Under the pieces are notes generated by a model. It made no database searches and was not told the DNA's origin. It saw only the letters and a program-made list of their open reading frames with translations. A stretch of DNA of 27,006 bases, from assembly GCA_964010765.1 (NCBI GenBank), contig CAXGMD010000049.1:1-27006 (forward strand). The letters run 5' to 3'. Shown one piece after another: positions 9,330 through 17,366 of this stretch (the first letter of the stretch is position 1; the number at the start of each line of letters is the position of its first letter). The translations under genes and the position numbers were made by a program. The stretch comes from an uncultured bacterium (GTDB lineage: Bacteria > SAR324 > NAC60-12).

Positions 9330-10508
9330 TTAGCGGAGCCCACATTCCTGAACGTAGGCATCCTGATGATCAGTTGCTACTTTTCGTAAAATACGGTTTT
9401 GCATCTGACCATTCTTTTTGACAACTTCACGAATGTAGAGATCGTGGATTGGATGCTGATTGGAAGCAAATCGAAAATTCCCTCGAACGGACGCAAACTT
9501 AGCGGTCTTCAATGCCTCACGGAAACCTGCCTTATCCTCCAGTACCTTTCCTCCTGTTGCTTTCAATGCGCTAGCAATGAGCTTTGCGGTATCGTAACCT
9601 TGGCTTGCGTAGAGAGTCGGCTCGCGTTCAAATTTACTCCGAAAACCCAAAAGGAATTGCTGATTGGCTGCATTGTCTAAGTCATGGTTCCACTGAGAAG
9701 TGCTGATGATACCGGAGCCAGCATCACCGATTGCGTTGAGAATTTTAATATCAGCCGAAAATCCTGAAACAACCATAGCAGAATCTTTCATCAGGCCTGC
9801 TTGTGAATACTGTTTGAGGAAGTTGATTCCCATTCCTCCGGGCAAAAACTGAAAGACCATTTCTGGCTTCGCAGCTCGGATCCGAGCGATTTCAGCAGCG
9901 TAGTCGTTCTGCCCCAGCTTGACATAAATTTCGTCAATGACTTCACCTTTGAAGAATCGTTTAAATCCAGCCAAAGCATCTTTCCCAGCCTGATAATTGG
10001 GCGCTAGCAACAGAGCTTTTTTATAGCCTAGTTCTGTAGCACCCATTCCTGCTGCCTCGTGTAGGGTGTCGTTCTGCCATGACACTACAAAATAGTTCTC
10101 ATGACATTCTTTCCCCGCAAAAGTCGAGGGAGCTGAGTTCGGAGAGATGTAGAAAATTCCATCCTTCAAGGCCATCGGTGCCACTACTGGAGAGATATTC
10201 GAAAAAATCACACCTGTTAAAATGGATATTCGATCCCGATCCAGGAATCTTTTGACGATTTGTCTTCCATTGACCGGATTTCGTCCATCGTCTTCAACAA
10301 GGACTTCAACAGGGACCCCACCAAGTTTTCCATCTTCTTCTTCGACGGCCAGAAGAAATCCATCTCGGACATCTTGACCAAGATAACCACCACCAGTAGA
10401 AAGAGTAGTGACCATCCCAATTTTGACTGGCTCTTGAGTGAAGCCCGCATTGGCCAAACCCAAGCCCAGTACCAAAGTTCCCAAAAGGGTTTGAAGCAGT
10501 TTTTTCAT
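9330..10508 (-). CDS. Liv/HAAT-family periplasmic substrate-binding protein, resembling aromatic-acid-binding members
   Basis: Signal peptide; VKIGMVTTLS, GGVPVEVLVEDD, SWQND, APNYQAGKD, QGYDTA. AAGGA spacing favours ATG 10508 (alternative 10514). The substrate class is an inference. Confidence 0.88.
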   Translation of the reverse strand: MKKLLQTLLGTLVLGLGLANAGFTQEPVKIGMVTTLSTGGGYLGQDVRDGFLLAVEEEDGKLGGVPVEVLVEDDGRNPVNGRQIVKRFLDRDRISILTGVIFSNISPVVAPMALKDGIFYISPNSAPSTFAGKECHENYFVVSWQNDTLHEAAGMGATELGYKKALLLAPNYQAGKDALAGFKRFFKGEVIDEIYVKLGQNDYAAEIARIRAAKPEMVFQFLPGGMGINFLKQYSQAGLMKDSAMVVSGFSADIKILNAIGDAGSGIISTSQWNHDLDNAANQQFLLGFRSKFEREPTLYASQGYDTAKLIASALKATGGKVLEDKAGFREALKTAKFASVRGNFRFASNQHPIHDLYIREVVKKNGQMQNRILRKVATDHQDAYVQECGLR

Positions 10509-10538
10509 TTTCATTCCTTATATGGTAGTTACTGAAAC

Positions 10539-10554
10539 GCTCTGTTCCCAGAGC
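10539..10554 (-). promoter_or_regulatory. Small intergenic hairpin with a GNRA loop ahead of the binding-protein gene
   Basis: Minus strand GCTCTG-GGAA-CAGAGC followed by GTTTC. Could be a weak terminator or an mRNA-stabilising hairpin. Confidence 0.35.
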
Positions 10555-10564
10555 CATGGTTTAT

Positions 10565-11395
10565 TCATTCTGAACGTAGCAGTTTCATAATAGCTTTTTC
10601 CACATTTGACCATGTCGTTGAAGCTGGATCCACCAACTCAAAATGGCCAATTTCTGCAATCTCCTCAAAATCTATTGCATTCGCCGGGGCATGCTTCCGA
10701 AGTTCGGCCACATCCTCCTGAACCATCTTTGCACGGACAATTTCGTCCTGCTCTCCAACCAAGTGAACCTGGGGTACTGTAATTGGTCCCATTTGACAAG
10801 GTGATGCCTGTTGGTAGCGTTCAGAAAACTCCTCAGGCGTTCCACCCATCAAATCGGCACATGCACCCTGGCAAACATCCCAGGCAACTCCACGAACTAG
10901 ATCAGCCACTCCTGCCAATGACAAGATCCCTTTGAGTGGCAGTGGATCTGGGAAATAGAGTTCAGAACTACTAGGCAAGTGAAATCGAGCTCCCAGCCAT
11001 AAGCTCAAATGTCCTCCCGCAGAATGACCGACTGCGATCACTTGTGAAAGATCCAGCGGATAAATCTTTGCCAGTAATCGCAAGTGATCAGCACCCCTTG
11101 CTACATCTTGCATCGTTGATGGCCACCCTCCCCCCTGACCAAGGCGCTGGTATTCCAGATTCCAGACAGCCATTCCCAATTGACGCAGAGTTTCTGCAAC
11201 ACGCCCCAGTGGCTCCAAACCAAAACGACTCCGCCAACAGCCACCATGAAGCAGAATCACCACCGGATGCGGTCCGTCTAAAGAGGGCAGATAGAGATCA
11301 CCAAACTGGTCAGTTTCTGTTCCATAACTCAGGCGGAAATCAGCCTCAACAGCGGGGAATCGTCCGTAATCTTCGCGTGTAAGGTGCTCGTTCAT
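10565..11395 (-). CDS. Alpha/beta hydrolase (HGGxW esterase/arylformamidase-like)
   Basis: HGGCW oxyanion motif, GHSAGG nucleophile elbow, GEQDEIV (Asp), GHF (His). Start overlaps the upstream stop (ATGA). Confidence 0.9.
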   Translation of the reverse strand: MNEHLTREDYGRFPAVEADFRLSYGTETDQFGDLYLPSLDGPHPVVILLHGGCWRSRFGLEPLGRVAETLRQLGMAVWNLEYQRLGQGGGWPSTMQDVARGADHLRLLAKIYPLDLSQVIAVGHSAGGHLSLWLGARFHLPSSSELYFPDPLPLKGILSLAGVADLVRGVAWDVCQGACADLMGGTPEEFSERYQQASPCQMGPITVPQVHLVGEQDEIVRAKMVQEDVAELRKHAPANAIDFEEIAEIGHFELVDPASTTWSNVEKAIMKLLRSE

Positions 11396-11667
11396 TCCCC
11401 AATAGAGAACATGTGTTCCAAGTCGTGACGAGAGTAAGTTCGGAAAGCGATCAGGGTCTCTGTAGCAGTGATCCCCTTCAGTGACCCAATCTTTTCTGTG
11501 ATTGTATCCGCCACCTCCTCTGTACTTTTGACACGTACTATCGCAATCAAATCGTATCGACCAGCGACCGAAAATACTTCTGTGACTTGGTGCATGTCTA
11601 CAAGTTTTTGGGCAACTTCCTTGATCTGCATTCGATCCGCATTCATCAGCACTATCGCTGTAACCAT
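11392..11667 (-). CDS. Stand-alone Lrp/AsnC ligand-binding (RAM) domain protein with no HTH
   Basis: 91 aa: MVTAIVL...VTEVFSVAGRYDLIAIVRV...GITATETLIAF. GGAG lies 8 nt upstream of ATG 11667. Confidence 0.9.
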   Translation of the reverse strand: MVTAIVLMNADRMQIKEVAQKLVDMHQVTEVFSVAGRYDLIAIVRVKSTEEVADTITEKIGSLKGITATETLIAFRTYSRHDLEHMFSIGE

Positions 11668-11712
11668 TTTCAAATCTCCAATTGCATCCTGAAAATTAAA
11701 TAAAATTTATGC

Positions 11713-11746
11713 GTTCAATAAAGGATCATCCTTTTCATTGTTGAAC
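11713..11746. promoter_or_regulatory. Candidate operator palindrome upstream of the RAM-hydrolase-ABC operon
   Basis: Perfect AAAGGAT-C-ATCCTTT (11720-11734), flanked by GTTCAA (11713-11718) and TTGAAC (11741-11746). Confidence 0.45.
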
Positions 11747-11834
11747 AAAGCAAGGCTGAGAAGTCAATCAGGATACGGAGCAGAAGATTCTGATTTTTTC
11801 TCCATGCACCGAGATGTTCCCCAAGCCCTTCCCT

Positions 11835-12530
11835 TCAACGAGTCATTCGATAAATGCGCTCTGGACGGCCAACACCACCATAACTCACATCCACCTCCAC
11901 ACTACCGCGGCTTACAAGATATTCCAGATAGCGACGTGCAGTTGTCCGACTCGCTCCAACCCTCTCGGCCATTTCCTCTGAGGTAAACATTGTTGAGCAC
12001 TCCTTCATTTCTTCAAAGATTTTGTCTAGAGTCACAGGATCAATTCCTTTCGGTAGCCCTGAATCCATCCGCGAGGAATCAGTTGGTTTTTCCTGGTGGA
12101 TGATCCGATCAATATCAGACTGATTCAGACTGTCCAAGGATTGTAGATTGGAATGGTGAGTGCGATAGCGCCGGAGAGTTTGTTCAAAGCGAGAGAACAC
12201 TACGGGCTTTAGAATGTAATCAAAGACTCCTCCACGGAGGGCTTCCTGAAGCAGACGCACTTCTTTGGCTGCAGTGATCGGAATGATATCCAGTGCTTGC
12301 GAACGAAGACGAATTTCCTTGAGCAACTCAATCCCTGAGCCGTCAGGAAAATAGATATCTAACAGAAGCAACTGTGGCTCCATTACTTCAATCTGAAGCT
12401 TAGTATCTTCCAAAGTATTAGAAAGGCCAATCACTTCAAATCCTTCGAATTTGCTGACGTAGTGCTGGTGAATCTCGGTAATCCGAGGATCATCATCCGC
12501 AATCAGAACTCTGGTGACCATCTTCATCAT
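11835..12530 (-). CDS. CitB/DcuR-family response regulator
   Basis: IADDD, LLDIYFPDGSG, ITAA, DYILKP, LPKGID, HTH SRTTARRYLEYL, YGGVGRP. The start could be 12530, 12527 or 12521. Confidence 0.93.
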   Translation of the reverse strand: MMKMVTRVLIADDDPRITEIHQHYVSKFEGFEVIGLSNTLEDTKLQIEVMEPQLLLLDIYFPDGSGIELLKEIRLRSQALDIIPITAAKEVRLLQEALRGGVFDYILKPVVFSRFEQTLRRYRTHHSNLQSLDSLNQSDIDRIIHQEKPTDSSRMDSGLPKGIDPVTLDKIFEEMKECSTMFTSEEMAERVGASRTTARRYLEYLVSRGSVEVDVSYGGVGRPERIYRMTR

Positions 12531-14154
12531 TCGTAGTGGTTTTAGGGATGTACGCGGTGAAACGGGCACCGCCTAATGAACTTTTCCCAATCGTCAGGTG
12601 CCCGTGAATTTGAATCAGATTTTTCTGCACTAGTCTCAGGCCAATTCCTCGTCCCATGCCTGATTTTGTTGTGAAACCCTCATCAAAAATTGTCTCTTGC
12701 TGCTCTTGGCTGATCCCTGGTCCAGAATCTTCTATTTCGAAGATCAACTCATTACCCACATCTGTCATTGACAGGGTCACTTTTTTTCTACCTTCAACCA
12801 AGGCCGATGCCTCCAACGCATTTTCTAGCAGATTCCCTATAATTGTAATGATTTTTTCACTGCGACTGGAATGGCCGATGTTACCCATTGAGCTTTCTGG
12901 ATCAATCTCCAACTCTGTTTTGAGTTCCAGAGCCCGATGATACTTACCAACAATAATCGCAGAGAGAAATGGGTCATGGATTTGGTCAGAAAGTTGACGC
13001 AACAGGGCATTATAACCGGAAGACTCACGGCCGATTAAGTCCAGTGACTCTTGCGTTGCACCAATCTGAATCAGACCTGCAAGAGTGTGTAATTTGTTCG
13101 AGTATTCATGTGTTTGTGCCCGCAATGCTTGAGAATATTCTCGAATACTTGTCAACTCTTGAACAAGTCGGTCAATCTCCTGTGCTCGCCGAAAACTGGA
13201 AACCACTCCCGTCACATGATCTTGTTCTAAAATAGGGACTCGGTTTACCACGACCTCTTCCTCTTCGATCAACATTTCTTGATCATACTCCCCTTTACCT
13301 GTTTTTAGGACTTCCAGCATTCTCGTTTCTGGCAGGAGTTGTTCGATGGGACGTCCCAGAGCTTCTTCTGGAGAGAAACCCAAGATCTGGGCTGCCTGAT
13401 GATTCATCACGGTCACATCCCCTTTCTCATTGATGGCAATGATTCCCTCACGAATCGACTCCAACAACGCCGTCCGCTCTCGATACAGACCGGCGATCTC
13501 GTAAGGCTCCAAACCAAAGATAGAACGCTTTACCTCTCGTGCAATGAACCAAGTTCCCAATGCTCCTACTGCGAATAGCCCTAGAATCCAGAAAAGAAGT
13601 CGCTGCTGATAAGGCTGGATTACATCCTGAACGGTCTCGATGAGGTAGCCCACAGAAACAACCCCAAGAATTTCCCCTCCGCTTGAGAAAATAGGAACCT
13701 TTCCACGGAGAGAAGGCCCCAGAGTACCAACGGCAATCGAGACATAGGACTGTCCTTGGACAAGTGCTCTCTCATTATCTCCTCCAACCATGTACTTTCC
13801 AATGCGCTCAGGAACGGGGTGACTGTAGCGTTTGCCTTCATAATCACCAACTACAACAAAACTTGCCCCTGTTGCCTCCCGCACACTTTCTGCGTATCTC
13901 TGGATCCCATCCGGCTCTAGCTGAATCAGTCCCTGAGAAACTATCGGCGAAAGAGAGACTGAGCGGGAAACATTCAGTGCTACTCGACCAATATATTCAT
14001 TGAGGATTCCTGTGACAATTTGATTCCCAATGAAACCCGTCGCACAAACCAACAGGACTAACAAACCCATCATCAACAACAACATTCTCTTACCAAGTGA
14101 ACGCGGCAGCCATTTTTGAAATGCGGAATAACTTGGTGTTGGATTAGGTAGCAT
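12493..14154 (-). CDS. CitA/DcuS-family sensor histidine kinase, probably citrate-sensing
   Basis: Two TMs flank a Cache domain with RYSHP and GTLGPSLRGK (CitA-type citrate-binding Arg/His/Arg/Lys pattern). PAS; H-box LRAQTHEYSNKLH; GNLLENA, DSGPG, GRGIGL. GAGG upstream supports ATG 14154. Confidence 0.93.
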   Translation of the reverse strand: MLPNPTPSYSAFQKWLPRSLGKRMLLLMMGLLVLLVCATGFIGNQIVTGILNEYIGRVALNVSRSVSLSPIVSQGLIQLEPDGIQRYAESVREATGASFVVVGDYEGKRYSHPVPERIGKYMVGGDNERALVQGQSYVSIAVGTLGPSLRGKVPIFSSGGEILGVVSVGYLIETVQDVIQPYQQRLLFWILGLFAVGALGTWFIAREVKRSIFGLEPYEIAGLYRERTALLESIREGIIAINEKGDVTVMNHQAAQILGFSPEEALGRPIEQLLPETRMLEVLKTGKGEYDQEMLIEEEEVVVNRVPILEQDHVTGVVSSFRRAQEIDRLVQELTSIREYSQALRAQTHEYSNKLHTLAGLIQIGATQESLDLIGRESSGYNALLRQLSDQIHDPFLSAIIVGKYHRALELKTELEIDPESSMGNIGHSSRSEKIITIIGNLLENALEASALVEGRKKVTLSMTDVGNELIFEIEDSGPGISQEQQETIFDEGFTTKSGMGRGIGLRLVQKNLIQIHGHLTIGKSSLGGARFTAYIPKTTTNDEDGHQSSDCG

Positions 14155-14171
14155 CAGTTCCTCAGCTTGAT

Positions 14172-14196
14172 TGTGAACTTTATGAACAGTATGCAC
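14172..14196. promoter_or_regulatory. Three tandem heptamers with a 9-bp period; candidate response-regulator binding array
   Basis: TGTGAAC (14172), TATGAAC (14181) and TATGCAC (14190) in the divergent kinase/tctC intergenic region. Confidence 0.5.
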
Positions 14197-14229
14197 GAAA
14201 CAGAATCAAAAAATTTTAAACCCAGAAGA

Positions 14230-14376
14230 TTGACCTGAAGGGAGGTTCAACATATTTCTTTGGTGCGAAAGTGCAAAGGAGTTTATCCTGCTGCATTACT
14301 CAGGTCGAAATGACAATTCCGACAATGGACGGAATCCATGCACTTTCGACATCAGGAACGGAGGTAACTTCGTTTT
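14230..14376 (+). ncRNA. Candidate structured cis-regulatory leader RNA of tctCBA
   Basis: Several overlapping, mutually exclusive stems and two GNRA-capped hairpins (see findings). I recognised no known riboswitch. Confidence 0.4.
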
Positions 14377-14410
14377 CAATTCATGTTTTACGAAAATTAG
14401 GAGGGATGGC

Positions 14411-15403
14411 ATGCGTAAATCAATGCAATCAATATTGGGAATCTTGACTGGAACAGCAATTGCGGCAACCACGATGCTTGGGGTTGCGATGGCTAAGCCA
14501 GGCAATACCGAATGTATCGCGCCGGCTGGTGCTGGAGGAGGATGGGATTTCACCTGTCGTGTACCAGCTGCGCAAGTAATGGGGGACATGGGGCTAATTG
14601 ACGGCACAATGGCGGTGACCAACATGTCTGGTGCCGGTGGCGGAAAAGCGTATGCCCACGTTGTAACAAAGCGAGGTGATGATGAGAATCTGATTGTCGC
14701 AGCTAGTATGGCCACTGCAGCACGTCTTGGACAGAACGTTTATTCTGGTTTCAAGGCCTCTGATGTTCGCTGGGTCGGTGCCCTAGGAGCAGACTACGGA
14801 GCGATTGCTGTTCATAAAGACTCTCAGTTCAAGACTTTAAGCGATCTCGTCACAGCAATGAAAGACAACCCTCGACGTACGGCAATTGTTGGGGGTAGTT
14901 CCGCAGGGGGGTGGGATCACTTGAAAGTTCTTATTGTGGCTGACAAAGCTGGGATCTCCGATCTGAAGGCAATCAATTACATCTCCTTCGACAACGGTGG
15001 TACGGCAATGTTGGAAATCCTATCCAAGCGAGCCGATGCTTTCACTGGTGACATCTCTGAATTAGTAGAATACGAGAAGCAGGGTAATATCCGAATCCTA
15101 GCGATTCTTGCCCCAGATCGAATACCAGCTGTTCCTTCAGCTAAAACAGCCAAAGAGCAAGGGTATGATGTGATTGGAGCTAACTGGAGAGGTTTCTACG
15201 TGCCCAAAAACATCTCCAATGCTCGTTACAAAGAGTGGGTTGACATTGTTACCAAAGTTGCTAATTCAAGCCAATGGTCTGACCTGAGCGCCAAGAACGG
15301 CCTAGCGCCATTCAAATCCTTCGGTAAAGATTTTGAGAACTTTGTAGGTGGGCAAATTGGAAAAGTTGCTCAAATTTCCACTGATCTTGGCTTCATGAAG
15401 TAA
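14411..15403 (+). CDS. tctC: Tripartite tricarboxylate transporter substrate-binding protein TctC
   Basis: Signal peptide; ECIAPAGAGGGWDFTCR, NMSGAGGG, GGSSAGGWDH, NWRGFY. RBS AGGAGG. Confidence 0.93.
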   Translation: MRKSMQSILGILTGTAIAATTMLGVAMAKPGNTECIAPAGAGGGWDFTCRVPAAQVMGDMGLIDGTMAVTNMSGAGGGKAYAHVVTKRGDDENLIVAASMATAARLGQNVYSGFKASDVRWVGALGADYGAIAVHKDSQFKTLSDLVTAMKDNPRRTAIVGGSSAGGWDHLKVLIVADKAGISDLKAINYISFDNGGTAMLEILSKRADAFTGDISELVEYEKQGNIRILAILAPDRIPAVPSAKTAKEQGYDVIGANWRGFYVPKNISNARYKEWVDIVTKVANSSQWSDLSAKNGLAPFKSFGKDFENFVGGQIGKVAQISTDLGFMK

Positions 15404-15858
15404 TGAAGTCCTGGGGAGAGGGAGGAGCAGACAGACTATCTGCCCTGATCATATTAGGATTTGGTTTGGCCTACGGATACGCAGGCAAATTCATTCAAGT
15501 AGGATTCTATAATGGGGATATTGGTCCTCATCATTGGATCTACATGGTTGCATCCGTAATGGTTTTGCTTGGTTTTGGACTCGTTCTTAGGCCAACACAG
15601 CACGAGTTTGAAGCCGAAGTCTGGGAGGATTGGCGAAAGCGACTTCCTCTTGTAGGTGTGATCATCATTTATTCATTGTTCCTACCCTACACTGGGTTTC
15701 TTGGTGCTATGATTCTGATGATGATTGTTGTTGCCAAACTTTTCGGAGCAAACTGGAAACAGGCCATTCTCTGCTCTGTCATCCTCTCTCTCCTCTGTCT
15801 GCTACTCTTTGACCACCTGCTGGGGATTTCCCTCGGTCGTGGCCTCTGGCTGAAATAA
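15403..15858 (+). CDS. tctB: Tripartite tricarboxylate transporter small membrane subunit TctB
   Basis: 151-aa multi-TM protein between tctC and tctA; GP motif, GFL, C-terminal LFDHLLGISLGRG; TAATG coupling with tctC. Confidence 0.88.
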   Translation: MKSWGEGGADRLSALIILGFGLAYGYAGKFIQVGFYNGDIGPHHWIYMVASVMVLLGFGLVLRPTQHEFEAEVWEDWRKRLPLVGVIIIYSLFLPYTGFLGAMILMMIVVAKLFGANWKQAILCSVILSLLCLLLFDHLLGISLGRGLWLK

Positions 15859-15872
15859 AGCTAGGAGGAAAC

Positions 15873-17366
15873 ATAGAATCCATTCAACTACTCTTTGAGG
15901 GCTTTGCAACCGCCCTCACTTTTCAAAATATCCTGTTCGTCTTGTTGGGAGTTTTCCTTGGAACCGTGATTGGTATGTTGCCGGGAATTGGCCCCGTTAA
16001 CGCCATTGCTGTCCTGTTTCCAATTGTTTACACATTGGAAGTTCCAGCAGCAACCGTGATGATCCTTTTCGCAGGAATTTACTACGGCTCACAATACGGG
16101 AACTCCATCTCCAGCATTTTGCTCAATGTTCCGGGAACATCTGCAGCAGCTGTCACGACCATTGATGGCTACGCGATGGCCAAACAAGGCCTGGGTGGAA
16201 AAGCACTTGCTATGTCGGCGATTGCTTCTTTCATTGGCGGTACTATCTCCATCTTTTTTCTTGCCTTCTTCGCACCAAAATTAGCTGAACTTGCGATCAA
16301 TTTTGGCCCTGCTGAGTACACAGTTTTGATGGTCTTCGCATTTATAGCCCTATCAAGTTTCAGCCAAGGGAGCCTGCTGAAAGCGATTATCTCTGCTTTT
16401 TTAGGGTTAGCAATAGCTGCAATTGGCATTGATTCCACCACCGGTGTCAGCCGGTTGACCTTCGGGATGATGGAGCTATACGATGGGATTGATTTCATCG
16501 TTGTTGTGATCGGATTTTTTGCTGTTAGCGAAATTCTGATTATGCTTGGACAAAAGGAAGGGGACCAATCTCAGATGCAACCGCTAACAAGCCTGTGGAT
16601 TACCTTCAAGGAAATCACAAATTCCCTGGCAACCTCATTGAGGAGTTGTGTCTCAGGATTTTTGATTGGGGTCTTACCGGGAGCAGGAGGAACGATTGCT
16701 AGCTTTATCGCCTATGCAACAGAGAAGAAAATCCTCAGACCCAATCAATTCGGCAATGGAGATATTCGGGGGGTAGCTGCTCCAGAATCTGCTAACAATT
16801 CAGCCTCCGTTGGTTCATTTATCCCTCTGCTCATTCTGGGAGTTCCCGGAAGCGAAACAACAGCCGTGATGCTAGGTGGACTGATCAGTTTTGGCATCAA
16901 ACCAGGCCCTCTATTACTGGAAACCAGCCCAGATGTCTTTTGGGGACTGGCAGCTTCCATGTTCATCGGCAATCTCTTTTTGATCATTCTGAACCTGCCT
17001 CTTGTTGGCCTCTTTGCCAAAATTCTTCAGACACCCCGATGGATTTTGATGTCCCTGATCACGATGCTTTGTGTGGTTGGTGCGTACACCATCAACGGCA
17101 GTGAATTCGACGTTCTATTGATTCTGATCTTTGGACTGATAGGCTATTTTCTTCGTCGAGCGGATTTCCCTCTAGCTCCACTGATTCTCGGAGTTGTCTT
17201 GGGAGATTTGATCGAAACCAATTTCCGCAGAGCCATGATCTATAGTGGTGGTGATGTAATCATCTTCTTTGAATCCAATATCTGTTTAACCCTCTGGATT
17301 CTTGCTGCGGTGAGCCTGTTCGCTCCAACCCTAATCAACTCAATTCAAAAAAAGGTTCACTCCTAG
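15873..17366 (+). CDS. tctA: Tripartite tricarboxylate transporter large membrane subunit TctA
   Basis: GMLPGIG, YYGSQYG, ILLNVPG, DGYAMA, GVLPGAG, APESANN. The open frame extends 23 codons upstream of the TTG at 15942 to an ATA at 15873 behind AGGAGG. Confidence 0.92.
   Translation: MESIQLLFEGFATALTFQNILFVLLGVFLGTVIGMLPGIGPVNAIAVLFPIVYTLEVPAATVMILFAGIYYGSQYGNSISSILLNVPGTSAAAVTTIDGYAMAKQGLGGKALAMSAIASFIGGTISIFFLAFFAPKLAELAINFGPAEYTVLMVFAFIALSSFSQGSLLKAIISAFLGLAIAAIGIDSTTGVSRLTFGMMELYDGIDFIVVVIGFFAVSEILIMLGQKEGDQSQMQPLTSLWITFKEITNSLATSLRSCVSGFLIGVLPGAGGTIASFIAYATEKKILRPNQFGNGDIRGVAAPESANNSASVGSFIPLLILGVPGSETTAVMLGGLISFGIKPGPLLLETSPDVFWGLAASMFIGNLFLIILNLPLVGLFAKILQTPRWILMSLITMLCVVGAYTINGSEFDVLLILIFGLIGYFLRRADFPLAPLILGVVLGDLIETNFRRAMIYSGGDVIIFFESNICLTLWILAAVSLFAPTLINSIQKKVHS

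Noticed and set aside
11738..11986. 82-aa plus-strand ORF with an HHHNSHPPPH stretch
   Set aside because: Mostly antisense to the response regulator; the His/Pro run is the reverse complement of its Val/Gly codons.
14172..14187. CRP/cAMP site linking the cyclase to tct expression
   Set aside because: TGTGA is present, but the second half-site after N6 is TGAAC rather than TCACA. A direct repeat explains it better.
14230..14335. Glycine, c-di-GMP-I or SAM riboswitch
   Set aside because: Only fragments resemble them (CTCAGG, GAAA loop, GCAAAG). The conserved cores and their order are missing.
14296..14715. 139-aa minus-strand ORF, and the many other 60-150 aa antisense or alternate-frame ORFs
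   Set aside because: They shadow well-supported genes and show no recognisable motifs.
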